Below are positions 50,850-63,231 of a DNA stretch of 64,000 nucleotides, in pieces. The DNA comes from Octopus vulgaris. Lineage: Eukaryota. The stretch lies in the NCBI GenBank assembly GCA_951406725.2, contig OX597818.1, positions 108,438,001 to 108,502,000 of the forward strand, given 5' to 3'. The position numbers and the translations under genes are program-made. The notes below the pieces were generated by a model that saw only the letters and a list, made by a program, of their open reading frames with translations, was not told the DNA's origin and ran no database searches. Position 1 is the stretch's first letter, and each line of letters starts with the position of its first letter.

Positions 50850-51830
50850 TTCACCTACTTCTTCGGTTCTCTTGCAGCGTTGACTTTCCAGCTGGATTAC
50901 ATCCGAAAGGTGCCCTGCCCGCTTACCCTATGGCCAGGACTTAACAGCAAATTCTCTCCCTAACTCCTACATCTACATCGTCCGTCCGCCACGACTGCCC
51001 CAAAGCGAAGAAACCCACATTGGTTCTACTTCCACTCACGTGACTTCCCTCACTCCAGCTCTTCTGGTAGGGCCCCTCAGCCATTGACGTCACTGACCCT
51101 TTACTCCCGGTTCACCTCATTCTCACACGCCTCCCTGACCTCAAAGATCCCCTTTTCACTTTGCTCCATGTTGAAATCTGCCATGCACCTAGGCGGATGT
51201 CTCACTCGTGATCTCTGCAGAGATGGGGCACCGCTCACTTCCCCCCCCCCTCCATCGTTTACAAAGCAACAATTCCGTGAACATCCAAGACATCACGCAG
51301 TATTCCATCCACAGAGACATTATTTTGGGAATTAACTGCCGCCACTGTCCTTCTATTCCACTAAAATGTGCAGCATCCCTTTCGGGGCTTGACCCAGACT
51401 TCATCTCCTACCTGCACGAAGGCAGACTCTCTCTCTCTCTTTCTCTCGTTCTTTCTCTCTCTCTCTCTCCCTCACTCTCTCTCCCTCTCTTCCACAACAT
51501 ATTGCGATGCTGTACACGGGTACCACCATTCATACCTGAATATCGCTCTGTGTGAAACTGACTCCTCGGCCTGTCTTGATCGAGGTGACATGTTGTACCA
51601 AAATACTGCTTCTAGAGGTAAAATGCATTCCCTCTCTGCTCTAACCTTGATCTTGTGATGGTGTCTTTCCATGATTCCATTTCTACTCGATCCGTATGTC
51701 GCTCTGAAGAAGCGGTGCATATTCCACTTATCAAGCGTCTCTTTCAGCACCTCCGAACGAAATGCAGTGCTGCTATCCATCTGCAATTCGTCCACAGGGC
51801 CCCACTCCAGCAATATCTTGTTCAAGATTC
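50850..51830 (-). mobile_element. Gypsy LTR retrotransposon 3' relic: integrase, PPT and start of 3' LTR
   Basis: GPVDELQMDSSTAFRSE...SRNGIMERHHHKIK (rve core) and VGDEVWVK. Purine tract agggaggcg followed by TGTGAGA at 51127 on the minus strand; left LTR boundary uncertain. Confidence 0.8.
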
Positions 51831-51912
51831 GTGCAAACTAGTGGTGGCTCGTGAACTGCAGCACTTTCTATTTCTACTCAATATTATCGATAACATTCAA
51901 TATAATGAGTCC

Positions 51913-52365
51913 CTTTTCTCTTTAATTCTTTCTTTATACTTGTACATTATATAATCCTTAAGTTTAATGTCAGTTGCCATCCCCTAGTTAATGAAAACAA
52001 TGCAAAAATCCTTGTATAGAACTGTGCACAACAGAATTCCAGCAACGCAGGGTACGATTGTTGTGTGCATGCTCACATGTCCAAGAGAGAGAGAGAGAGA
52101 GAATACTGTGTGAACGACAGTACCAGCCCCGGCGTTCCGGGGGAAGGTAGTGTTTCTTTGTGACTCCGTGTGTGTTGTGCTTAAAAACATGTTTATATTC
52201 TTGAATGTGATAAGGTGTAGAATTAGATTTTATCCTGTTTCTGGTTTCAGTGTTGCTACCAGGATTTGAAAAATAGGGCACATTTCTCCCCTTATTTTGT
52301 AATTTGGGGGATTTTTGAAAATCAAAGGGGGATTCGTGGTGGTGTTCAGTGAACAAATTAAACAC
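51913..52365. repeat. Unclassified ~450-bp interspersed repeat, copy 1
   Basis: Reverse complement of 59655-60102 (shared aggattatataatgtacaa, ttcaagaatataaaca, gtttaatttgttcactgaac). Confidence 0.85.
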
Positions 52366-52372
52366 ATTACCT

Positions 52373-52407
<35 letters not shown>

Positions 52408-53306
52408 GATGGGCTTCTTTTAGTTCCATTCTACCAAATCCACTCACAATGCTTGCCCAAAGTGCCACGCAGTGGGACTGAACCAAGAGGCAAGCTTCTT
52501 ACCACACAACCATACCTGCGCCTATTGATAGAGTTCATATATTTTTTATCGTCTCATTAAAGAAATCATCATCCATTATCGTTATAATCAACAATAACAG
52601 CTACAAAACAAGAAAAAATACATTATATCAAGGTTTGTGTAACCAAAGAAAATATGAAACCTGTCCGCGTCCGCTGCTTATGCAACAATGCTGTATATCA
52701 GTGAATTCGTGTAATGTAGCATTTCAACTTTAGTGTGCTTAAATTTTCTTTAAAAGGAAATCAAGGTTATACAGATCGAGTCTACCCGTTCAAAGTTTCC
52801 ACAATGTAGGTTTTGACTTCACGCATTGTCATAAACGTTGTTGACACCAACTACAAAAGAAAATTGATAGGTAGGGCGGGAGTGTCGTTTTCCGGTATAT
52901 TGCGGGTACTAGATGTCCGGTTAATAAATGTGATTCTATCCCAAATTGCTTGTTCAAACATGTCATTCATTACCGAATCTTTAATGCAGTCATTAGAGTA
53001 GAATTCATAGCGAGGAAAGAGAGGCCAACATAATTTAACGCATCTGAGCCGTCATCATCTGTTAAACTTGTACTTGTCTTCTAAACCGTTAACTTCTTAA
53101 TGTCTCAAACACGTTGGCTTGCGGGTAAATATCGAGATTTAAGGGAACAATAAATGGTGAAATAATTAAAGCATGAACATCAATTGGCACGGGGAGATAA
53201 TCGAAATCATTATCGCCTCACGCTAGCTGATCTACATACAGTGGTCCATCAAATATTCAGTTGGACGTATCATCATCATCATCATCATCATCATCAAAGA
53301 CATCAT

Positions 53307-53534
53307 CTATTTCTTTACTACCCACAAGGGGCTAAACACAGAGGACAAACAAGGACAGACAAACAGATTAAATCGATTATATCGACCCCAGTGCGTAACT
53401 GGTACTTATTTAATCAACCCCGAAAGGATGAAAGGCAAAGTTGACCTCGGCGGAATTTGAACTCAGAACGGCAACCGAAATAACGCTAAGCATTTCGCCC
53501 GGTGTCCCTAACGTTTCTACCAGCTCGCCGCCTT
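53307..53534 (-). mobile_element. SINE family B with TSD
   Basis: Full head-core-tail. AAAGACATCAT repeated at 53296 and 53535. Confidence 0.9.
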
Positions 53535-53584
53535 AAAGACATCATCACCATCATTATCATCATCGCAAACGAATGCCATTAAAC

Positions 53585-53950
53585 ACTTGTCCCCAGCGTT
53601 CCCTCTCTTGTATTACTCTTGGTTGTTTGCTCTTCGTCAGACCAAAGTCTTCGGCCAATTGGTCAATAAATGTAATGGCAGAACGACCCATAAGTTGCTT
53701 TCTGTGTGTTGATTCCCACATCTGCGTCTGACTCGTTACTTCATCCTTGCTCCGAAAACAGTTTCTGCAGAATCTGTCTTCTTTCCATTGAGCAGAGACA
53801 ACTCTTGGAAGACTAACATAAAGAACCTGGTTTGTTATATGGGACTGCCATTTGATGTTAGGCGCTGCTTTCTTGTATATATTCTATGTAGTTTCCATTG
53901 CAGTGACTTTTACAGTCCACAAAGTCCAGCCATATAAGGACGAAGTCTCT
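53585..53950 (-). mobile_element. RTE/RTEX-type LINE C-terminal relic
   Basis: NIKWQSHITNQVLYVSLP...WESTHRKQLMGRSAITFIDQLAEDFGL. Confidence 0.65.
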
Positions 53951-53985
53951 TCAAGCAACTATGACTAATATTTCTGATAATGAAG

Positions 53986-54041
<56 letters not shown>

Positions 54042-54042
<1 letters not shown>

Positions 54043-54714
54043 GAATAGACAACACAGCAGAAGGTGATGAGTACAGAATCTGTGGACAAACGGTGAAACC
54101 GTATGGCATATTACTTGCCAATGTATGCCACTAGCCCAGAAGGAATATAAGAGATGCCATGACAATATAGCCAGGCTTGTCCATTGGACACTTTGCAACA
54201 AGTATGGACTTGACAGAGAAAAACACTGGTACGACCACAAACCTGAAGGCATCGTCGAAAATAGAAATGCAAAGATCCTATGGGATTTTATGATTCAGTG
54301 CGACCATGAAATAGAGAATAGGAAGCCTGACATAGTCTTAATTGAGAAAGAAAACAAACTATGCTGGATCATAGATATAGTATGCCCAGCTGACAAGGAA
54401 TGCAATAAGGAAGAAAGAAAAGTCGAGAGATATGACAGGTTAGCTTGGGAAGTTAAGCAATTGTGGTCGATGGAAAAGGTGGTAATAGTACCAATAATTT
54501 TCGGAGCCCTGAGAACAGTGAGCAAAAATTTTGAGAAGTACGTAGAATAAATAGGGGCTGCAATAAGGGCGGAGCACTTGCAGAAAACAGCACTGCTTGG
54601 AACCGCTCGAATACTTCGGAAGGTGCTTGAAAAATAAGATGTGTTACCTTAGTTTACTGGTAGTTAACAGCTGACACTGTAATACATCTCCAGCGTTAGA
54701 AGCTGTGCAAAGGC
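54042..54714 (+). mobile_element. R4/Dong-clade LINE 3' end (zinc knuckle plus REL endonuclease) inside (TAA)n
   Basis: RICGQ..H..C, YKRCHDNIARLVHW, ILWDF, RKPDIVL..WIIDIVCP, VPIIFGAL motifs. (TAA)n on both sides (53986-54041, 54715-54790). Confidence 0.9.
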
Positions 54715-54790
<76 letters not shown>

Positions 54791-55186
54791 GTAGTAGTAG
54801 TTTGATAAATTAGGTTGGTTTTGTTTTGAGTGAAGATGAAGTATATCTAAAACTTCTTTACTCCCCTAAATACTCATAGATTTGCAGCAATTCTCAGGTC
54901 GGAATATTCCAGTTGAAGAATAAATACTTGAATGTAGACTGCCGATCAAAACAGCTTTTTTAATTCAAAGTCTTTTAAAGTTAATTTCATGAGATAATAA
55001 AATACTTTGCGAGCTCAGTTGTTGTAACTTATTTTTGCTTATTGTTGTGAAGTTTTTAGCAGAACGATATCTTTCATTTTATTGGTTTTTTTTAGCAAAA
55101 TAAAAACGATTTAGGCATGTTAGACTTACTGGTTAAGTCTGACCCTTTGCTGGCAGACCATTTGAATACTCGAGCAAACAATTATA

Positions 55187-55420
55187 TATTTCTTTACTAC
55201 ACACAAGGGGCTAAACACAGAGGGGACAAACAAGGACAGACAAACAGATTAAGTCGGTTACATCGACCCCAGTGCGTAACTGGTACTTAATTTATCGACC
55301 CCGAAAGGATGAAAGGCAAAGTCGACTTCGGCGGAATTTGAACACAGAACGTAACAGCAGCTGAAATACCGCTAAGCATTTCGCCCGACGTGCTAACGAT
55401 TCTGCCAGCTCGCCGCCCTA
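55187..55420 (-). mobile_element. SINE family B, young
   Basis: Full length with CpGs retained. Confidence 0.9.
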
Positions 55421-55847
55421 ACAAATATAGGTGGATATAATTAGGGCCCGTCTAAAGCAACATGCCAGAAATTCGTCGATCTGACTGGATCCCGTATATT
55501 GGATCAGCTTACCTGTGAAGGGAAAGTACAATCGTTATTCTGTTTTATTAGACTTTACTCTAGATATATCCAATGCAGAACAACTGACTGTGACAGAGCG
55601 ATGGGGTGGGTTGCGTGGACAGTTGAAAGATTTGTGAAGTTTTGGAGTATAAAAGGTAATAGTGCCAAACTGTTCGTTCAAACGTTTACTTGACTTTTTA
55701 ACCAGAAAATAACATCGATTTGAATGACTGATCTGGCCAATATTATGAGCAACGTGTGTTGTGATCTACAACTACGGATTAAAGTGCTGAGTGAATGTGA
55801 AAATTACGTTCCATGCTTTTCCATTCACTAAATGTTGTCAATGAGCG

Positions 55848-58610
55848 TGTAGTGATCCGACAACGGCGCGCGCTCGCGCACCGCCCATTTGTATTTCGCG
55901 CGTGTTGGTGCCTTTACCAAGGCACAGAAAGGAAGGCCCCTCTCGCGCATGCGCGAACCACCGGTAGCACGACCCTATTGCCTACGTAGCAGTTAGCGAG
56001 GCAAGGGGGTCGTAGAACGTTTGACCGCTAGCAGCAGCAGCAGCCAATGACTTGGGACCCAGCGATTGACGGCGACAGTCACGCATATATTCTCTCCGTC
56101 TGAACTGATTCTAGCAGTCCTTTGGCCGAAGTCCTTACCAAATTGTTGCAGACCAACATCGTCTCCATTGTTCGACGCTATCTTGACCCCTTTCTGGTTT
56201 TAGGGCTGGACATTGTAAATATTACAATCTATTAACTTATCAGCGGTGCGCGCCCGAACCTAGGACATCAGATAACACACTTATTGTTATTGTTTACCAA
56301 GAAAGAGAATAAAGTAGTTAAATGTATATTTTACGTCTGCGTCTTGTTGTTTCTGACTTGTAGAATTCTGGATAATTAACGAACGAGTGAGAGTGATTGC
56401 TTTGTGCACCCCAAAAGTGCACGAGGATATTCACACTTCACACTAAGTTTGTTTCACTGGTGACCCCGACGTGATTCTGGTCTAAAACCAGAGATCACTT
56501 ATCAACAAAAAAAAATCCAGTTTTTCTGCGAAGTCAGAACACGATTTAACTCTACGCATTCATCTTTCGACGATTTGTTTTCCGGCCACCACAAAGTTGT
56601 AGAAGGAGCCTCTTTCTTATTCTACAGCCATGATGACGAACGCCATCACATCATCGATGCCTTTTCTCCACCTTCGTCATCATCATCGTCGTCTGTCTAC
56701 TTCACGTCGTCGCTATCTTCGTCGCCATCATCACTAAGAACGATGTTGTCCCAAGTCCACTACAGTCGCCTTCCACCACCAACGTCGCCTTTCAACACCG
56801 TCGACCTCCACCAAGATGTACATAGCAACTCGCGGAACTTTAGCGTGCACGCTGTTTGTGCATATGCACACCAAGGATAAACAGCACCGTCTATCTACGA
56901 GATTCTTCTGTTCCAGTTAACCTGTCACAGCATTGAAGCCACAACCGCTACACGATATGTGTTCAACCGGCATCTGCATTTTGTGATTTCAACATTTCTG
57001 TTACAGAACGAACTGCTATTGTACATCAGGCTATTACAGACTGGTAAATTAATTCTTGTCTGAAATAGCACTCGAGAGACATTTTTTCTATGCGCTGTAT
57101 TTTTTGTATTTTGCTCGCATTCACCTTGTATGTATTTCTGTCGCACACACGTACACACACATAAATGCTCTCTCTCACATACATACGTCACACATGCTTT
57201 TCTCGCTTGTTTTTTCCATGCTAAATTTGCCTTTTGTGGACACCCCTCATTTCTATAGACCCTAGCGGTCACGTATACATAGAGAGGGTTGTTTGTCCAT
57301 TATAACGCGCCAGCATGTCATACCTTTGTTCCTGTACGAATGAGGCATATAATCGCTTAACCACTGGCATATTCTTGCTGTTTTTTGGTCTGGCAAGCAC
57401 TATTGCATTTCATGCGCCTTTTGCATCGCACGTGTATTGCCTTGTTTTTTGCAACACGTTTGCGTTAGCCTAATTCTTTTCCCGACTCATAGACGTCGGA
57501 TGTTCAAATGCGCTGCGCCGATTTATAGGCGTAATTATTTTTCCCTGTTAGACCACTGTTGGTCACGTAATTAACAGAAAATTATCTGTGTCGCGCATCA
57601 TACCGGCATGTTTGCACTTTTGCCTTTTGTGTTACTAGCGATCTTCTGTCAATTCCATTTTCCTCTCCTGCAGCAATTGATTTAACTGCTATTTTGCAGG
57701 ATCAACTACCTTTAGAGAAGTTGGATTTTAATTTCGCCTAGGTACATTAACTGTGAGTTTTGCTTTTCCCTCCGCTCCTTTCAGCGGAAGGGTTTATACT
57801 TTTGTGACGTATACACTTTCATGCATGCACTCTTGATTTTTGCTCATTAAGTATTTTTTCTCTTTTTCCTTTAGTAAATTTCTTGTGTATGTTATAAATT
57901 TTGCCATTATATTATTGTGTGCTATTTGGTTATCTGGTGTCCACCTTGAGTTTTGCAGTCACTACAATAAGTTTCCTTTCGTGCGTACGCACTGGAGGGG
58001 AGCCTGTAGTGATCCGACAACGGCGCGCGCTCGCGCACCGCCCATTTGTATTTCGCGCGTGTTGGTGCCTTTACCAAGGCACAGAAAGGAAGGCCCCTCT
58101 CGCGCATGCGCGAACCACCGGTAGCACGACCCTATTGCCTACGTAGCAGTTAGCGAGGCAAGGGGGTCGTAGAACGTTTGACCGCTAGCAGCAGCAGCCA
58201 ATGACTTGGGACCCAGCGATTGACGGCGACAGTCACGCATATATTCTCTCCGTCTGAACTGATTCTAGCAGTCCTTTGGCCGAAGTCCTTAACCAAATTG
58301 TTGCAGACCAACATCGTCTCCATTGTTCGACGCCATCTTGACCCCTTTCTGTTTTAGGGCTGGACATTGTAAATATTACAATCTATTAACTTATAGCGGT
58401 GCGCGCCCAGAACCTAGGACATCAGATAACACACTTATTGTTATTGTTTACCAAGAAAGAGAATAAAGTAGTTATATGTATATTTTACGTCTGCGTCTTG
58501 TTGTTTCTGACTTGTAGAATTCTGGATAATTAACGAACGAATGAGAGTGATTGCTTTGTGCACCCCAAAAGTGCACGAGGATATTCACACTTCACACTAA
58601 GTTTGTTTCA
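55848..58610 (+). mobile_element. Complete non-autonomous LTR retrotransposon (Gypsy-type ends, LARD/TRIM-like)
   Basis: LTRs 55848-56456 and 58005-58610 (TG...CA, about 8 small differences), TSD AGCG, PBS TGGTGACCCCGACGTGAT at 56458-56475, PPT GGAGGGGAG at 57994-58002. No gag/pol ORF in the 1.55-kb interior. Confidence 0.95.
56458..56475 (+). promoter_or_regulatory. Primer-binding site complementary to tRNA-Trp 3' end
   Basis: 18-nt reverse complement of ATCACGTCGGGGTCA-CCA, the metazoan tRNA-Trp(CCA) 3' end as recalled. Confidence 0.85.
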
Positions 58611-59654
58611 AGCGTAAAGTTTCTTTGAATTTCTACACAATTTCTTTTGCTTCTATTTTTACTTATGGCATTTCCTTTGTGTGATGTCTATTTGTCCATC
58701 TGGTCATATTCATTTGCCCGTTGTGAAATGAATGCTATATTCCAGGTGATTAGTAGGAGCAGCAAAAATTCTTTCACACAGCTTTTCTGTTGGAAAATAT
58801 GTCTGGGAAAAATGTTCCAAATAACACTGATCAGATGAGAGAATGTTGATGACAGGCTTGTGCTTGATTTTCAACAATGGATTTAGAAATAGAAATAATG
58901 GTCAAACCACTGTGTTTTCTAGCAATGTTCTGGCCAGTTTGTGCGCTTTATGAATCCGTGTGTGGATATATCCAACTATGCTGTCGACTTTTCTGATATT
59001 CAGCAAGAAAAAAAACAAGAATCTGACTGAATGTGAAGATCATTAACAATAAACTCGAAGAGTACACATTCAGGTAAGGTAATTTAGAAGGTACCAACAC
59101 TTTTGTCCCAAGTTTAAAGGTCGAAATATTTATTATTATTTTCAACAATGGATTTAGAAATAGTTTCTGTTTTATGTCAGATCAAAGCGCCAGAAAGCAT
59201 ATAAAGGGATGAGGCTTATGTTTAAGTACCTTTTATCAGCTCCAGTTGTTTAAATCCGAAGAGTGAGGTCATTAAAATCATGTCAAATCATTCCAATAAC
59301 ATCCAGGAGAAAGTTTCAGTGAAGAATTTACGTTGTTTATAGAACTGCTTAAAATTTGTGTTGCTTCTGTTATTGGTGCCAAAAATGAGACTGTGAAGAA
59401 TTACAGTTTTACTGACATTTCTTTGGAGATTATAAAACATCCTCTGCATCTTTGTCACTCATGATCACCTTCAGAGGGGTGTAAAAGTGGAGTGGGGGGT
59501 CAAAAGCAGTGGTGGTCTGTAGATAAAATTAGTTGGGGTGTTGCTTCAGAAAATTTTTAGCCGTTGTTTTAATATTGTGTAAAAGGAAACAAACATATAA
59601 AAAGAAAATTTATATGTAAACCTGATTGGTTCATGTTTTAGCCACTGCCAGTCG

Positions 59655-60102
59655 TGATGCGTTTAATTTGTTCACTGAACTTCACCGTGAATTCCCCCAA
59701 AATCGCAAAATAAGGGAAGTAAATGTGCCCTGTTTTTCAAATCCTGGCAGTAGCACTGAAACTGGAAACAGGATAAAATCTAATTCTGCACTTTATCCCA
59801 TTCAAGAATATAAACACGTTTTTAAGCACAACACACGCGGAGTCACAAAAAACACTACCTTCCACCGGAACACCGGGGTTGGTACTGTCCTTCATGCAGT
59901 GCTCTCTCTCCCTAGGATGAAGCTTCCTATCTCGAACATGTGAGCAAGCTCGCAATAGCCAAACACCGCATCGCTGGAACTGTGAAGTGCACAGTTCTAT
60001 AAAAGGATTTTTGTAATGTTTCCATAAACTAGGGGCTGGCCACTGACATTAAGCTTAAGGATTATATAATGTACAAATATAAAGAAAGAACTAAAGAAAA
60101 AT
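59655..60102. repeat. Unclassified ~450-bp interspersed repeat, copy 2 (inverted relative to copy 1)
   Basis: See 51913-52365. Confidence 0.85.
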
Positions 60103-60245
60103 ATACACGAGTCGTCACTGGTCAAAAGCTAATAATGGACCACTGTGGTTCAAAACTTATTACATAATCTCAATAAAGATTGAACTTAAACATCCACATG
60201 AAACAGAAGTTTCCAGTTTGATCGAAGGGTTTGCTAATGATAATT

Positions 60246-60509
60246 CAGCGGTTCTCAACCGGACCCCTTATGACCCTTTAGGGGTGGAATGAGGGTCCAT
60301 ATAAGACTTTGCTGTTCAGATTTATCGGCAATAAATCGATTACACTCCTTCAATGCACAAAATACTTTAACAATTTTTTAATACAATTCCTAATATTAAA
60401 TGATAAAAGAATAATCGAATTTGTTAAAGATTGAATGGACATTAGGGTCCAGCAGAGTGACATAAGAATCAAAGAGTCTCCATGGGCAAAAAATGGTTGA
60501 GAACCGCTA
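60246..60509. mobile_element. hAT/Charlie-type MITE
   Basis: TIRs CAGCGGTTCTCAACC / GGTTGAGAACCGCTA; 8-bp TSD not clearly preserved. Confidence 0.7.
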
Positions 60510-61109
60510 AATTAAATCCCCAAAATGTAACATTGAAATTGTTGTTTGATGTACAATATTTGATGTGTTATAATATTTATGTGCCTCATTTTATCGATAT
60601 TTAATAAATCATTATTAATAAAAGAAATAACATTTATGTGTATTTTATTACTTTAGGGTCGGTGCCGCCTTAATCCGGTAATTATAAATCATCACAGCAT
60701 CACTGATTGATTGCTTCATCACTTTATAATTTTGAAGGCGAGGGGGAGAGAGGGTTGAGCGTGTCTGGACAAGTCTTTCTGAACGCTTAGTATTGAAGTA
60801 AGGTGACAAATGCTTGAAAATTTCTCTGTAAGACAGGTCTCACTATTTCGACCAATTCCTAAATTATTGTTGTTTAGTCTCAGTTCTATCCTTTTGCAGC
60901 TAACTTTTGATCAAATGTGTTCAAGCCATAACTATACTATTTCTATGTCTTTCCTTGCTTAAGATTGGATTGTGATTTGATAGAGGTTTATCTTCTATTT
61001 CTCCATGGGAAAACGTAGAAACTCTGCTGTTGTTTTGACAATTAGTAACTCTGTAATCGTCACCACCAGCTTATCCCTAAGCTCATACACTCATACTACA
61101 CCTCTATTC

Positions 61110-61265
61110 CTTCTGTCATCATTGTTATTTTATCACGCCTCCCGCATCCACACTTATCACATCTCCAAACTCTTCTTCCTCGGAACCGTAATCTCTGGAA
61201 TTATCTTCCCACTTGGGTATTTCCTGTAAACATCAATTGCTCCCTTTTCGAAGACTCTAAGAGAC
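61110..61265 (+). mobile_element. CR1/Jockey-group LINE 3' relic
   Basis: PRNRNLWNYLPTWVFPVNINCSLF resembles the PRxxxLWNxLP..VFP..LxxFK motif. Similar relics on the minus strand at about 14680-14880, 21000-21230 and 34060-34320. Confidence 0.5.
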
Positions 61266-62338
61266 TGCAAAGATCATAGACCTTAGACATTATCACAAAA
61301 GTTAATTCTTGGAATAAGACAGTTTCTTTCTGGATTCTCACGGAACAAATAAATGATGGCTTTGACTGTATCAAATTATTTTACTCATTTCAAAAACTTG
61401 AATTTCGATAATTCTCAACAAATTTTAGTTTTATGTACCGAATTTCCACGCTGTCATTTTCTGCTAATGAAAAACAACTACCATATTCCTAGTAAAAGAC
61501 CTAAATTTAACCCAAAGACAATGGAGACAACATCCAGATCAGTTTGTGTTGCAAAGTCAAGAAATTACTCAATCATATTCTTATCAGATTCAAAACAATA
61601 AACGCTGTATGTCAATTACTTTTTCCTGGAAATATCCACACTTTCTTAAGCAATTATGAAAACCTCAGGTGAATCTGGCCACAAAACCGATATTCTCTTT
61701 TATAATCCAATAACATAATTTCATAAGTTTTGTTTTACACGAATAGTTTTATAAGAAGCAACTGAAAATTTTCCGGACGACTTTCAGCAACTTAATCTTC
61801 CGATTAGCTTTCATGTAGTCCTTATAGAGACTCGTTAAATTCCAAGTTATGATAGGTTTCCAATACAGAGCGATGTCCTGGGTGGTGAAAAGTATTAGAA
61901 AAGTTTCTTTCAGTTTTCTTTGATTTGTCGGTCTACTTTTTGTGGGGTATTTTTCATGGCATAATCCCCACTGCATCAACTTAAGCATCTCTGCGAAAAT
62001 TTTCCCATATATAATTCTTGACATAGTTTTGAAAGTCATTGTAAAGTCACTTTGTGATCTGCAATGAATATGTGGAAAAACTGAGCAATGTTAGCGCAGT
62101 TGTGCAGAACTTGTAAAATCTGACCAAATGCAATACCTGTGAAAAATAACCAAGCCACAGTGAACAGTTGCTTAGCCAGATTTTCTGGAATTTACGTGTT
62201 TCCTATGCACCATTTTCAAATAATATTTTGCTTGAAGTGTGTAAATGCTCAACAAGAAGATTGTCTTTAGATTATCTGTTAGTGGTTGTAAAGTGATGTT
62301 GGGGTGGGGTACACACAAGCACACACATACATGTATGT

Positions 62339-63041
62339 GGAACTTCGTCGGCGTCCAACCACTGAGCTGAGCGCCGCCGGTTGTCGTAAAGAATCCACTT
62401 TTCATTGCAAGTCACAATCCGGTTGAGAAACGGGTTATTCTTGTTGCGTAAAAGAAGGGAAGACGACACTTCGAAACTGTGGGGGTTTTTTTTTGGGGGG
62501 GGGGGGGGGCACCCATTTCTCAAGTATTTTTGTTTTTCCAATCTCTTTCAAGTGATTGGAAATTGTCGTATACGTTACGTCTAATTCAGAAGCAAAATCT
62601 CGAACAGTTGTGCGTGTATTGGCTTAGACTAAGGCTCTTAGTTGATCGTCGTCAACATCCGATGGCCGACCACTACGCTTATCATCTTCAAGACTCATCA
62701 CCGTTACGAAATTTCTTGAACCACCATTGTGCTGTACTTTCATTAGTGGTTCCTGGGCCAAACGTATCGTTGATATCGCGAGCTGTTTCAGTAGCTTTTC
62801 GGCCTGGCTTGAACTGGAATAAGAAAATTGTGCAAAATTGCTTTTTGTCCATGTTGTATTCAACGTTCCGGAAAAAATGGCCTAATAATTCAAAAAGAAA
62901 AAGAGTAACACGATTAGATAGAGCGAAAAACGGGCTTTAAAATGATATATAAAATCAAAGTAATTTAGCGAAAATTAATTGGAAAATACATAATTTAAAA
63001 TCAAAATTTAAAATTCCGCAAGAACTTTCTTGACAACCTAA
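62339..63041 (-). mobile_element. Mariner (Hsmar1-like) 5' half with TIR
   Basis: TIR TTAGGTTGTCAAGAAAGTTCTTGCGG next to TA. ATG at 62852: MDKKQFCTIFLFQFK...FGPGTTNESTAQWWFKKFRNG..SLEDDKRSGRPSDVDDDQL...FLNRIVTCNEKWILYDNRRRSAQWL. Confidence 0.9.
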
Positions 63042-63231
63042 TATAAAGAAAGATCTTGATGGGTATTTCAGTGATTTACACCACAACACTAGTTTAGGTA
63101 GCTTCTACAAGTAACCTGTGACAACATTCTGACGTCTCTCTGGGGAAGCATTTGTCTACTTATCTCGAAGAAAGTGGAATTAAGTATCAACGTAATTGAT
63201 TCCAGTATATCAGAAAACATTAGTACCTTTA

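Noticed and set aside
53626-53645. CTGACGAAGAGC on the minus strand as a possible HHR
   Set aside because: No stem II or GAAA; it lies within a LINE coding relic.
55848-56456. Plant-type LTR retrozyme interpretation of the non-coding LTR element
   Set aside because: I found no CUGANGA...GAAA hammerhead core in the LTR by eye.
56575-56880. 101-aa Ser/Pro-rich ORF as gag
   Set aside because: TTG start, low complexity, and no zinc knuckle or capsid motif.
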